Assembly (NCBI GenBank): GCA_965208575.1
Contig: CBDBOV010000004.1
Coordinates: 480,001 to 544,000 of the forward strand
Direction of reading: 5' to 3'
DNA length: 64,000 nt
Origin: Spirochaetia bacterium
Lineage (GTDB): Bacteria > Spirochaetota > Spirochaetia > SZUA-6 > Bin103
Shown in pieces: positions 50,084 to 60,710 of the stretch; position 1 is the first letter of the stretch, and every line of letters begins with the position of its first letter. Under the pieces are notes generated by a model. It had not been told where the DNA came from. It made no database searches and worked only from the letters and a program-made list of their open reading frames with translations. Made by a program: the position numbers and the translations under genes.

Positions 50084-51103
50084 ATGGCAAAGACAGTATC
50101 GACGCTTTCCGACGACCTTGCGTCGGCGATCGAATCGGCAGGACCCGCGGTCGTGCGGGTGGAGGCGACACGTCGCCTGGGGGCATGCGGCCTGGCAACT
50201 GGCTTCGTCTGGTCGCCTGATGGGGTCATCGTCACTGCTCACCACGTCGTTGAACGAGACGACGACATTAAGGTTGGCCTTGCCGACGACCCCGCCAGTT
50301 CGGTGCCCGCAACCCTTGTGGGGCGCGACCCGACTAGCGATATCGCGGTCCTGCGCACCGACGCCAGGGACCTCACGCCGCTAGCATGGGCCGATCACAG
50401 AGTCCCTGCCAACGATACTTCTACCGCCGGTTACACCGAATTCCCGGACAACATACGAGTCGGGCACGTGGTGTTCGCTCTGGGAAGACCCAGCAAGACC
50501 GTCCAGGCAAACCTGGGAATCGTCGGCTCGTTCGGGTTTGCGAGTCGCTACCTGGTGACCGATGTCGCGATGGACCCCGGGTTCTCCGGCGGGCCTCTGA
50601 TCGATGCCAACGGAGCGTTGTTGGGATTGAACACCACCGCTCGTCAGCGGTACGGATTCAACGTTGCAGTGGGGAGGCCCATGTTGAGCCCTGTCGTCGA
50701 TGCGCTGCTAGCCGAGGGGCGCATCCGCAGAGGCCAGATCGGAGTTGGGGCTCAGCCAGCCCGGTTGCCCGACGGGCTCGCCAAGGAGCTGGGTCAGGAG
50801 AGCGGACTGGTCCTGGTCTCGGTGGAGCCGGGCAGTCCTGCCGATACGGGCGGCCTGCTCGTGGGCGACATCATCGTCGGCCTGCACGGGGTTCCTGTGG
50901 GGAGCCATTATGACACTGGTCACAAGCTGGACGACCTCCTCAGTCACCAGGGTGCCCCAACCGCTCGGTGGTTATGGGCGATGACCTACTTGATCCAGTC
51001 ACAGTTGCTGAGCGACGCGACGACTGCAAAAGAACTGTCAGTAGAGATAGTGCGTGGAGGCACAGTCCGGGCGCTTCGGCTGGTAATCGACGAGCAGAAC
51101 TAG
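50084..51103 (+). CDS. Trypsin-like S1C serine protease with PDZ domain
   Basis: TAHHVV, SDIAVL, GFSGGPL; C-terminal VEPGSPA..GL..GDII; no signal peptide. Confidence 0.88.
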   Translation: MAKTVSTLSDDLASAIESAGPAVVRVEATRRLGACGLATGFVWSPDGVIVTAHHVVERDDDIKVGLADDPASSVPATLVGRDPTSDIAVLRTDARDLTPLAWADHRVPANDTSTAGYTEFPDNIRVGHVVFALGRPSKTVQANLGIVGSFGFASRYLVTDVAMDPGFSGGPLIDANGALLGLNTTARQRYGFNVAVGRPMLSPVVDALLAEGRIRRGQIGVGAQPARLPDGLAKELGQESGLVLVSVEPGSPADTGGLLVGDIIVGLHGVPVGSHYDTGHKLDDLLSHQGAPTARWLWAMTYLIQSQLLSDATTAKELSVEIVRGGTVRALRLVIDEQN

Positions 51104-51192
51104 GTGGGTCGCCGAGCTGGGGAGAATCTACGACCCGGACGGCAATATGCTCGTCGTGAACGAGCCGCGGAAAGCTGATACGGTGCGCGCAC

Positions 51193-52152
51193 ATGCTTGC
51201 ACCGCCAGCTGCCAATCTCCGCTCGCCGACGCCGTGGGCGCTGGCGGCAGCTTTGGGCCTGGCGCTGCTCTGGGGCGGGAATGCAGTGGCGATAAAGGTG
51301 GGCGTGGGCGGGTTGCCGTCGCTGTCCCTACAGACGGCTCGCACTGCCCTCGGTCTGATCTTCTTGCTCGGTTGGTCGGCGGTGGCGGGCGTATCGCTTC
51401 GCCTCAGGCCAGGCGAGCTGCTCCCCCTCTGCGGCCTCTCTTTGCTGTTCAGCCTTCAGGTTCTGGGGATGATCTACGGCACCAGCCTTACCCTTTCGGT
51501 GCGTTCCGTCGTGCTGGGGAACACCTTCCCCTTCTTCACGGCGGTCTTCGCCCACTTGTTCGTGGCCGGAGACAGGCTCACCTGGCGGACCAGCGCCGGC
51601 AGCCTGCTTGGACTCGCGGGCGTCGCCCTGGCGGCGGTCGCGGCTGCGCCGGCGAGCGACGACGCCACCGTGCTCTCCGACGCTTTGATTCTCGGCGACG
51701 CCGTGGTGCTGGCGTCGGCCGCTGGACTGGGACTGCGGCTGGCGGTGTCCAAGCGCCTTCTGTCCACCGTGCCGCCTGAGCGGCTGTTGGTGTGGATGAT
51801 GGCACTCAGCATCCCGCTGAGCGGATCCCTGGCCTGGGGTCTGGAGCGCCATCTGTGGCAACCGCTCAGCGGAGCACAGTGGATCGCCACCCTCTACACC
51901 GGCATCGTCATCTCGGGCTTTGGCTTCGCCGCCTTTCAGTCGCTGCTGCGCCGCTATCGCGCCAGTACGCTAGCGACACCCTCCTTGGCGGTACCCTTGT
52001 GCGGGATCGTGCTCGGATGGGCTATTCTCGGGGAAAGACTCCCGATCGCGCTAGCGGGGGGCGCGGCACTGGTGGCTGCGGGTATCTATATGGTCAACAG
52101 CGGCAAGAGGGGGGAACAGGGACATCGTCGCGGCGCCAGCCCGGCTCGGTGA
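51193..52152 (+). CDS. DMT/EamA family transporter
   Basis: LWGGNAVAIK; about 10 TM helices; ILGERL. Confidence 0.85.
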   Translation: MLAPPAANLRSPTPWALAAALGLALLWGGNAVAIKVGVGGLPSLSLQTARTALGLIFLLGWSAVAGVSLRLRPGELLPLCGLSLLFSLQVLGMIYGTSLTLSVRSVVLGNTFPFFTAVFAHLFVAGDRLTWRTSAGSLLGLAGVALAAVAAAPASDDATVLSDALILGDAVVLASAAGLGLRLAVSKRLLSTVPPERLLVWMMALSIPLSGSLAWGLERHLWQPLSGAQWIATLYTGIVISGFGFAAFQSLLRRYRASTLATPSLAVPLCGIVLGWAILGERLPIALAGGAALVAAGIYMVNSGKRGEQGHRRGASPAR

Positions 52153-52330
52153 TTATGGAGAGCATGTTCAGCCTGCCGGGGTTGGGGCGACTGATGGTGA
52201 CCGCCCTCGAAGACCGGGACTACCCGGTGGTTTCCGGGATCAACCTGTTCTTCGCCACCGCGGTGGTGCTGACCAATCTGCTGATCGACCTGCTCTACAC
52301 CTGGCTGGACCCGCGGGTGCGCCACGAGTA
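52146..52330 (+). pseudogene. OppB-like permease C-terminal fragment
   Basis: SVIMESMFSLPGLGRL...RDYPVVSGINLFFA...LDPRVR. Confidence 0.75.
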
Positions 52331-53197
52331 CGATCCCCCGAGACCACCTCTCAGCCTCGGGTCCAAGAGGTCTCTGACCGCATCGCCAAACATATTGATG
52401 CCGTAGACTACAATACTGATAGCAAGACCAGGCCATATGGCCATCCAAGGAGCCAGGAACATATAAGAGCGTCCAGAGCCGCTGAGCATACCTCCCCAGC
52501 TAGGCTGCGGTGGGGGGATGCCGAAACCAAGGAAGCTGAGGCCGGCTTCAGTCAGTATTGCAGAGGGCACCTGTGTCGAAAACACGATGAGCGCGGGAGC
52601 CATAGTATTGGGCAGCACATTCCGCCAGAGTATTCTCCTACGTGAACTGCCGATCGCCTTCGCCGCCGTAAGATACATATTCTCCTTAATGCCGATAACG
52701 GCGCTTCTCATTATCCTTGAAGTATGAATACCTAGTCCCACCCCTATAGCGATAATCAGCTGCAAGATACCTGCCCCCACTATAGAGACAACGGCTAAGA
52801 AAATGACTAACGAGGGAAAGCTGATCCAGCCATCAACGAACCGCTGCACCGCAGTATCGAACTTACCGCCGATAAACCCGGAAGGAACACCTATCAACAG
52901 GGCGATAAGTACAGCTATAGCGCCAGCAGCTAAACCCACAATCATCGAGATACGAGCCCCAAAGATAACACGACTTAACATGTCCCGCCCCAGGTTATCC
53001 GTACCGAGGAAATACTCGGTTGATGGTGGATGCAGGCCATCGGCAAGGTGAATTTCGTTCATTCCGTAAGGAGCCAGCCAATCGGCAAGAATACCAGTCA
53101 AAAGAAAGAGAAGCACTATGATCCCACTGATAAGACCCAGTGGTTTCTCCTTGGCCAGCCTGACAAGAAACGGGGAGTGCCTGTTCGACTCACTCAT
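52295..53197 (-). CDS. ABC permease (OppC-like), cassette 4
   Basis: LGTDNLGRD; GDAVRDLLDPRLRG. Confidence 0.9.
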   Translation of the reverse strand: MSESNRHSPFLVRLAKEKPLGLISGIIVLLFLLTGILADWLAPYGMNEIHLADGLHPPSTEYFLGTDNLGRDMLSRVIFGARISMIVGLAAGAIAVLIALLIGVPSGFIGGKFDTAVQRFVDGWISFPSLVIFLAVVSIVGAGILQLIIAIGVGLGIHTSRIMRSAVIGIKENMYLTAAKAIGSSRRRILWRNVLPNTMAPALIVFSTQVPSAILTEAGLSFLGFGIPPPQPSWGGMLSGSGRSYMFLAPWMAIWPGLAISIVVYGINMFGDAVRDLLDPRLRGGLGGSYSWRTRGSSQV

Positions 53198-54179
53198 ACG
53201 AACCCCGAACCCTGGGATCAAGAAAGCCGTAGGACAAGTCAATAACTAGATTGGCCAGCACCATAATGCCAGCCACAAACAACATTACTCCGGAGATTAT
53301 GGGATAGTCTCTATCGTTGATAGCCAGTAGCAGTAAAGTACCTATGCCGGGCATGCCGAATATCGTCTCTGTGACAACTGAACCCCCAACCACCGTAGGA
53401 AACACAGCTCCTGTCACGGTGACCACCGGAATCAGGGCGTTTTTCAGAGCATGCCGGAGGATTACCATCCTCTCCTTGAGTCCCTTTGCCCAGGCTGTCC
53501 TTATGTAATCTTGCCTTAGCACCTCCAGCGTCATGGTTCGCGTCATCCTCATGACCGCCCCTGCCATGTGCAGGCCCAAAACACTAGCCGGAATGATGAA
53601 CTGCCCCAGGTTTCCCAGCGGATCATCAGTGAACTTGATAAACTCCAGCGGCGGAGACCAACCCCACCAAATCGAGGGGACGACTACTACTATCGTCCCT
53701 AGCCAGAAGACGGGTACAGCGATAGCGAAAATGGCAAAGCTGCGCGCGATGTAGTCGCCAATGGTGTCCGGCCGCATCGCTGAATAGATACCTATAGGCA
53801 GGGCTACCAGTACGGCAATTGTCATACCCAAGATAGAAAGCTCCAAGGTTACTGGCCATCTATTGAGTATTATCCCAATCACGGGTTGCTGGCGCCATAG
53901 GGATGATCCAAGGCTGCCCTGCAAGAGTCCAGAAAATGAGCCTTGGTGGTCCCGAATAACTCCTATCCAGCGTCCGTATTGGACTGGGATTGGCACATCC
54001 AGTCCCAGGCTTTGTCGTAAAGCCGCCTCGTCCACTGCTTCCCCAACCACCGGATGCGAAGCCACCATCTTGGTAACTACATCGCCCGGAATAAAGCGAA
54101 GAAGGAAGAACACTATTAGACTCGCTACGAGTATAGTGGGTATAATCAGGAGTAATCTTCTGATTATGTAGGCTTGCAT
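53190..54179 (-). CDS. ABC permease (OppB-like), cassette 4
   Basis: MQAYIIRRLLLIIPT; QDYIRTAWAKGL. Confidence 0.92.
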   Translation of the reverse strand: MQAYIIRRLLLIIPTILVASLIVFFLLRFIPGDVVTKMVASHPVVGEAVDEAALRQSLGLDVPIPVQYGRWIGVIRDHQGSFSGLLQGSLGSSLWRQQPVIGIILNRWPVTLELSILGMTIAVLVALPIGIYSAMRPDTIGDYIARSFAIFAIAVPVFWLGTIVVVVPSIWWGWSPPLEFIKFTDDPLGNLGQFIIPASVLGLHMAGAVMRMTRTMTLEVLRQDYIRTAWAKGLKERMVILRHALKNALIPVVTVTGAVFPTVVGGSVVTETIFGMPGIGTLLLLAINDRDYPIISGVMLFVAGIMVLANLVIDLSYGFLDPRVRGSYE

Positions 54180-54290
54180 CCCTCTCTTGTATCTCCTCGC
54201 TTATCTTCCAAACCAAAAAAACGGGGGAGAGAGAAGCTACCCTCCCCCCGTCTGTCAGAGAAGAATCAACTCACACTAGTTCCCTATTTC

Positions 54291-56072
54291 CTATTGCCCT
54301 CCCACCAATTCTTGCTTCAAGGCGCTGTTGATCCAGACACGAGACATAACCGGGCCTACACCACCCGTCCCCGCCGCTGGAGCGAGTTCTCCGTAGTGGT
54401 TTTCCACCCATGGCCAGATACCCAGGTATACATATGGAGTTGGCAAAAGGGCGAAAGCCACAGTAGATAAGGCCTCCTGGTTCAACTCCTTGGTCAGCTT
54501 GTACTTTTCAACCAGGTCCCTTGTATCGTATGCCTGCTGCCATCGCTCTCTAATTTCAGCGTATTCAGGGTGATGCTCGAACATTGGTGTATTATATATC
54601 AGGGGCTCGATGTATCGTCCCTGTATTACACCAAGCGCATCAACACCTCCTCCAACGGTAAACATGGAAAGCGGCCCATGCTCCTTGGCTGTAAACATGG
54701 CATCCATAGTAGTCTTCTCAATCAAATCAATTGAAACGTCGACTCCGATATCAGCCCAGAAAGCTACCAGTAATGAAGCTATATCTTCCCAGGGCTCTAT
54801 TGCATATCCTTGCAGAGTAGCCTCGAAACCGTCCGCGAGTCCCGCCTCGGCTAATAGTTGCCTCGCACGCTCGGGGTTATATTCAAGCTGCTCCCTGATT
54901 GATTCCGGTAGCTTCTCCAGAGGAGTATAGACGGTCTCTGGCAGGTTCGAAGGTGCCGGAAAGTTTAAAATCTCTCCCGCACCACCCCATATATTGGCAA
55001 TAAAGCCTTGTCGATCTATAGCCATGCTCATTGCTTTCCGCACCTTCGGATCGTCAAAGGGCGCCGTATCCAGCCTCATGCCTATTAAGTAGGACCCGCC
55101 TGCTGGTCTCCCGATAAGCTTTATTTCGGGATTTGTATTTTGTAGCGACTGGACGTACTGCGCGCCAACTACATTTAGTTGGTCCAGCCTCCCTGTTCGT
55201 AACGCAGCGATCTGGGCGGCTCTATCCGGTGTCAGAATTTTAACCAGGCGGTCGATGAACGGAATCTCGTATTCCTTGCCATCGATGGTTTCAGTTTGCC
55301 AGTAATTGTCGTTCCTTACGTAACTTACCGAGGTGCCTTCCACGAAGTCATCGAGCAAAAACGGGCCTGTCCCTACCCCGCGATGATTCCTCCAGTCACT
55401 TGGTCCCGCCTCCACCAGCTCCGGAGGACTCGCGATCCACGTCGGTAAATGGCCCCTTCCTATGAGAAGCATCCAATCAGGCGTGTAAGAGGCCAACTTG
55501 AATTCAACCGTGTACTCATCCGTAGCGGTTACCGACTCAACTGCATCATATATGGTCCAGGCCTTGTCTGACGCTAGAGTACGAGTCCAGTGATAAGCTA
55601 CATCCTCCGCTGTCAGCTCCCTTGATGCCATTACTCCCGGCGCTTCATGCCACATGACTCCCCGACGTATGTTGAAAATAACGGTTGTGGCATCGGGCGT
55701 ACTCCAGCTTTCAGCTAACACACCTGATAGAAAATCATTAGGAGGACCTGAACGTACATTGAACGGCCACTCATTGGTGCCACGCGGCCCCCTATTCTGC
55801 CAGTCTCCACCAAGAAGCTGTTCGAAGTGTTCAACATAGACCATTAACGGCCAGACAAACTCAGCTGGGTCCCACTCTGTAGGCGGGAAGCGCCCGAGAT
55901 AAGCGTCCATCATGGTAATCGTCCCACCGTATTCCGGTCCAGCTTCCTCCACCATTTCCGTTTCCATCGCCGCTGCCGGCTCCTCTTCCGTGCTACCGCC
56001 GGCCCAGAGGCCGGTTGCGGAGACCACCAGGACCAACGCAACCGCGAAGGTCATTGTCAAAAGGTTTTTCAT
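54291..56072 (-). CDS. Family-5 SBP, cassette 4 (most divergent)
   Basis: Signal peptide; LAESWS, RELTAEDV, VGTGPF. Confidence 0.92.
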   Translation of the reverse strand: MKNLLTMTFAVALVLVVSATGLWAGGSTEEEPAAAMETEMVEEAGPEYGGTITMMDAYLGRFPPTEWDPAEFVWPLMVYVEHFEQLLGGDWQNRGPRGTNEWPFNVRSGPPNDFLSGVLAESWSTPDATTVIFNIRRGVMWHEAPGVMASRELTAEDVAYHWTRTLASDKAWTIYDAVESVTATDEYTVEFKLASYTPDWMLLIGRGHLPTWIASPPELVEAGPSDWRNHRGVGTGPFLLDDFVEGTSVSYVRNDNYWQTETIDGKEYEIPFIDRLVKILTPDRAAQIAALRTGRLDQLNVVGAQYVQSLQNTNPEIKLIGRPAGGSYLIGMRLDTAPFDDPKVRKAMSMAIDRQGFIANIWGGAGEILNFPAPSNLPETVYTPLEKLPESIREQLEYNPERARQLLAEAGLADGFEATLQGYAIEPWEDIASLLVAFWADIGVDVSIDLIEKTTMDAMFTAKEHGPLSMFTVGGGVDALGVIQGRYIEPLIYNTPMFEHHPEYAEIRERWQQAYDTRDLVEKYKLTKELNQEALSTVAFALLPTPYVYLGIWPWVENHYGELAPAAGTGGVGPVMSRVWINSALKQELVGGQ

Positions 56073-56238
56073 CCTGTCTTCCTTACATGTTATCTCCAGA
56101 GTATTGCGGAGCGAGTTGTCGCTCCCTGGCTACTTTCGGGCCCGCAACGCGGGCGCGCCCGCCAGAGCGGGCTGCCAGTCTGAGTCAGTCAAGTTTTCGG
56201 AAGCGCGCGGCGTGTGACTCACCCGGGTTCACGCCGGC

Positions 56239-56274
56239 TCACGCCGCACGCGCGTGCGGTTCTTTCAGTATCAT
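56239..56274 (-). CDS. Putative leader peptide MILKEPHARAA
   Basis: AGGAGG-N5-ATG; synonymous CTG and CGT variants relative to the other copies. Confidence 0.6.
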   Translation of the reverse strand: MILKEPHARAA

Positions 56275-56285
56275 CTTCACCTCCT

Positions 56286-57525
56286 GTGCGCCGGCACAAA
56301 CCGGCAGGGTGTTGTGAATGAAGGAGTCATACGTCGAAGGGCTAGCGACCCACGGCGGCCCCGAGTCATGCGCCGTCGCTCGTAAGGGCGGGGGTGTAGC
56401 GTTGACAGGGGTACGTGCGGGCCGGGTATCGAGCCGCGAAAGGAATTACTTTGGGGTGCCGACGCCGTAGGAGGATGCGGAAGGCCACACCCGGGGCGCC
56501 GATATCGCGAGGCGCCACGGGACCCTGCGCGGTCATAGACCCCGAGCACGTACGGAAACACCTTGCGCGGGAGCCGGGAGATCCCAGCTTCGTCTGTGGC
56601 GGATGGCGCCGCAGGCCGTGTCGGGAAGTCCAAGGACGTACGCCGACGTTGAACGGAGCTGGGAAGTCGGACAGGCCCATAGTACCTGGGAAACCCGCGA
56701 ACAAGGACGGGAGCTGCCGCAGGCGGCGCGGCTATGGTGAACCCTACACGGGCACGCAGGCGGAAACGCCGGATACAGCCAAGGGAGCACCTACGGCCAC
56801 GCCGGCCGGTAGCGACCGGGCCGCGGAGCGGGTGGAGGAAAGGGGCCTGGCCAAAGGGAATCCGCACCAGCAAAACGCGCCCCGGACACCGCGCCGGCAA
56901 TACGGAGGGGACCTGGAGGCCAACCTCCTGGACCTCTGTGGATGGCTGCAGCGAGGAGCGTACCGGGCGAAGCCGGTGCGGAGGGTGTTCGTCCCCAAGA
57001 GCGACGGGCGGCAACGACCGCTCGGCGTGACGGCGCTGGAAGACAAGATCGTCCAGCGTGCGACAGTCGAAGTGCTGAACACCATCTACGAGACTGACTT
57101 TCTCGGGTTCAGTTACGGGTTCCGACCGGGGCGCAGCAAGTACAATGCGTTGGACGCGCTCTATGTGGGCCTGCTGACACGGAAGGTGAACTGGGTGCTC
57201 GATATGGACATCCGTGGGTTCTTCGATGCCATCGACCACGGCTGGCTGGTGAAGACCGAGCTTCGGCGGCGCCTGCACGATCCGGTCCCGGAGGTGGGAA
57301 GCTGGCTGCGCTCGGTTGTGAGTGGGCACCTGCGTTACTACGGGGTGCCCAGGAACTCCCGCGCACTCCGCCTGTTCCGCCTCCGGGTTGGTCGGCTCTG
57401 GTATCGGTCGATGCGGCGGCGCAGTCAGAAAACCCGGCTTACCTGGGAGCGGATGAGCCGCCTGCTCGACCACTGGTTGCCACCGCCCCGAGTGTGCCAT
57501 CCCTATCCCTTGCACCGCCTTGGCG
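56286..57525 (+). mobile_element. Group II intron with internally deleted RT/maturase; 3' domains V-VI missing
   Basis: GTGCG start; PKSDGRQRPLGV..EDKIVQ, FSYGFRPGR, DMDIRGFFD joined directly to the maturase HLRYYGV..RRRSQK; no YADD. Confidence 0.88.
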
Positions 57526-58544
57526 GGACGGTTGCGGTCGCCTGGAAGGACGAGGGCGGCCAGCATGCCGGTTCGGCGATGGACCGAGCGGGCGCCACCG
57601 ATAGCTACGGCGGTGGTGAAGGCGACGGTGTGCGCGGGGCCGCGTACGGGGCGATCAGCCCGAGCGGTTAGTTGTTTCTCGGTTTCTCGGTTTCTCGGTT
57701 TGAAAAAGTTGGGGGGGGGGGGGGTATGATGCACCGGTCGCGTCACCGGTCGGAGCTTGTCGGCATTGCCGACGAGGTCCGAGCGTGTCGATGGGATGGG
57801 CCAAGAGCGACGCCTCTGGCGTCGGTTTTGGGGCGCGAACCGGTCACTGCGCTGCCTGTCATCGTGACGCTTCATGACCATCCGTCGAACCCCAAGTGAG
57901 GCACGCTAGCATAGGCGCGGCGCGCCGTCAACGACTCGAGGGGGTCACCGGGGTGAGCGAAGGTCACCGGCAACCCGTCACTGCGCTGACTGTCATCATG
58001 GCGCGTCATCATCGATCCGTCGAACCCCAGGCGAGGCAAGCTTGCTGTGGGCGCGGGCACCCTGTCATTTGGGCCGACCCGTGGGACCCGTGCGTGCGCG
58101 GCGGACCGGCAGCCCCGCGGTGTCACGCCGGATGCGCCCACCTGTGGCTCCGTCCTGGCCCCATGGGTGTGCATGCGCCGTCGGCTGCTCCGAAGGCGCG
58201 CCCGGAACGCGCCCGACCAAGTCCACGAGCGTCGGGCTGGGTATGGGCGTGAGCTCACCCGTCAGCCCGAAGCAGCGCCTGGGCACCGCGTCACCGCAGA
58301 CCGAGTCGCCGAAGTGTACTGAGTTAGTGGTCCCGTAGGGCTGGCTCCGAGAAGCGTGGCAGGTGTTGACCCGGGCGACCGGCGACCCCACCGATCTTGA
58401 CGCTGATTTCTCGTACGTCTCCCATCGGTGCACTTTCAATACTCGTCGTCACAGCGAAGCCGGGCACCAGGTATCTCATCACACGACTGACGCGTCGCCG
58501 TTTCGTGGGCCCCGTGACCGGACAGTGCGGGCCATCGGAGAGAT

Positions 58545-59095
58545 GCCGGAGGCACTGCCGCGGCCGCTGGAGCATTTCATGGACGCCGTTGTGCGCGGCG
58601 CCACGGCAAGCCGCCCAACGGGCCCGGAGACCCGTCGCCGCATCTACGTCGCGGACAAGGAGGCGGTGTTCCCGATCCGTCTCCTGGTGCGGGAAGCCGA
58701 TTACAAGCTGTTTGGATTCTTCCCCACCAACGTCCATCTGCTGGGGTGGCCGCATCCGTTCCAGCGCGGAGCAGGTCACGATCGCGGGCGTCGGCGCCTT
58801 CAATATCAAAGCGGGGTCGTTGAGAACTCACCTACGCCGTCCAGGAGAAGCTGCTGCAGGATCCGGTGTGGTACGTGGACGCCGACGGCGGCCTCGACCT
58901 GGACAAGCTGCTGGCGGACTTCCAGGCGTTCTTCCGCGAGCACCCCGAGCCCCCGCAGGGCCGCGAAGCGGGGTGGCGCGCTTCGACTACGTCGAGGCGG
59001 GTCCGCAGCTCCTGCTGCAGTCGTTCCTGCAACGGATCGTGAACTGCGGCGGGCGCATCGAGCGCGAGTACGGTCTGGGGCGGGGGCGCACCGAT
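58545..59095 (+). pseudogene. Telescoped mosaic of gene fragments (permease and AAA gene pieces)
   Basis: Pieces match 11130-11250, 17023-17095, 17530-17660 and 17664-17790, in that order. Confidence 0.8.
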
Positions 59096-59147
59096 CATCC
59101 GCAACAGGGGGCAAGGCGATTGACGCAGCGCGCGGGCCGCCGGTTCA

Positions 59148-60257
59148 ATGGGGAGCGTGGACGTCGCCAACCCGATCTACGACGTGGTGTTCAAGTACCT
59201 GATGCAGAACGACCGCGTCGCCCGCCTGCTGATCGGCAGGATCACCGGCCTCGCGGTGCGGTCGCTCACCGTCAGCCCGCAGGAGAGCGCCGTGCGCCGC
59301 ACTCCCGAAGACCCGGAGCGCGTCCAGCCGCTGACGCTGCTGCGCATGGACTTCGCCGCCCGCGTGCGCACTGCCGACGGCGGTGAGCGGCAGGTGCTGA
59401 TCGAGATTCAGAAGACCAGCGCGCCGACCGTGATCGAGCGCTTCCGGCGCTACCTGGGCCAGCAGATCGGCAGCGGCGACAACATCCTTACCCATCCGTC
59501 GGGCCGCACCGAGGCGGTGCCGATCGTGACCATCTACTTCCTGGGCTACGCCCTGGATGACCTGTCGGACGAGGCGGTGATCGACGTGTGCCCGCAGGTG
59601 ACCGAGCGGCGCACGGGGCGGGAGCTTGCGGCGAGCCATCCGCTGGTGGAGGGCATCCATCACCGCAGCCACATCATCCAGATACCGCGGCTGGCGAGCC
59701 GGCGGCGGGACGAGTTGGAGCGGCTGCTGGCGATCTTCGACCAGGGCTTGGTGAAGGGCAACGGGCGGGGTGACGCGCATGTGCTGACGATCGAAGAAGG
59801 GGAGTATCCGGCGGAGTGCGCCTTCGTGCTGCGGCAGTTGCGGGAGGCGATGGCGGAAGAAGAGGTGCGGCGCGACATGGAGGGAGAGGACCTGCTGTTG
59901 CGAGACTCGATGCTGCTGGCGCGGCAGGTGGAGCATCGCGACCGCCTTATAGCACAGGAGCGGGAGCAGGCGCAGCAGGAGCGGGAGCGGGCGCAGCGAG
60001 CGGAGCGGGCGCAACAGCAGGCGGAACGGGCACAGCAGCAGGCGGAACAGGCTCAACAACAGGCGCAGCAGGAGCGGCAGCAGGCGCAGCAGGAGCGGCA
60101 GCAGGCGGAACAGGCGCAGCAACAGGCGGAGCAGGAGCGGCGCTTGCTGCTCGCGCAGGCGATCCGCCGCCTGCATGGCCTGGGACAGGATGCCGAGGCG
60201 ATCGCCGCGGCGCTGGCGGTGGATGCGGACGAGGTGCGGCGAGTCCTGTCGGGGTGA
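59148..60257 (+). CDS. Rpn/PD-(D/E)XK_2-like protein with (A/E/Q/R)-rich coiled-coil tail
   Basis: ANPIYDVVFKYLM, RMDF, LIEIQK; AEQAQQQ/QQERQQ repeats; HTH-like end. Confidence 0.7.
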   Translation: MGSVDVANPIYDVVFKYLMQNDRVARLLIGRITGLAVRSLTVSPQESAVRRTPEDPERVQPLTLLRMDFAARVRTADGGERQVLIEIQKTSAPTVIERFRRYLGQQIGSGDNILTHPSGRTEAVPIVTIYFLGYALDDLSDEAVIDVCPQVTERRTGRELAASHPLVEGIHHRSHIIQIPRLASRRRDELERLLAIFDQGLVKGNGRGDAHVLTIEEGEYPAECAFVLRQLREAMAEEEVRRDMEGEDLLLRDSMLLARQVEHRDRLIAQEREQAQQERERAQRAERAQQQAERAQQQAEQAQQQAQQERQQAQQERQQAEQAQQQAEQERRLLLAQAIRRLHGLGQDAEAIAAALAVDADEVRRVLSG

Positions 60258-60710
60258 CGGCCGTGCGTAGGCGGGAGACTGAGGCCCGACGAATTCGCCG
60301 TCACGAACTTGCTTGCTCACCGAGTCGGCGCTTGTCCCTCCATCACGTCCGTCAGCATGGGATCACCCTGACCCAAGGGTCGGCGCTGTTGACAGGGTCG
60401 CCGCGCTCGTGAGACAGTGCACCGTTAGGGGTTCGGCGAATGCAGATGACGCGTTACGACCACCGCCAGCGCAGTGACCGGTTAGGGGTGAGGCACCCAA
60501 GTTCAGCCGATCGCCGCTCGGTCCATCGCCAAACCGGCATGCTGGCCGCCCGCGTCCTTCCAGGCGACCGCAACCGTCCCGCATCCCCGCCCGCGACTAA
60601 CTGCGCGCAAAACCCACCGCCGGCGTTGGCGGCCATTCAGACTCACTGCTGCTCAGACCACCGCCACGCGTGGCGTTGTAAAGCAGATCCCGACGTAAAT
60701 CTGGAGAAGA

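Noticed and set aside
56286-57525. Diversity-generating retroelement or retron driving SBP variation
   Set aside because: The RT is group II intron type with intron RNA domains and lacks YADD; no TR/VR pair with adenine-specific mismatches was seen.
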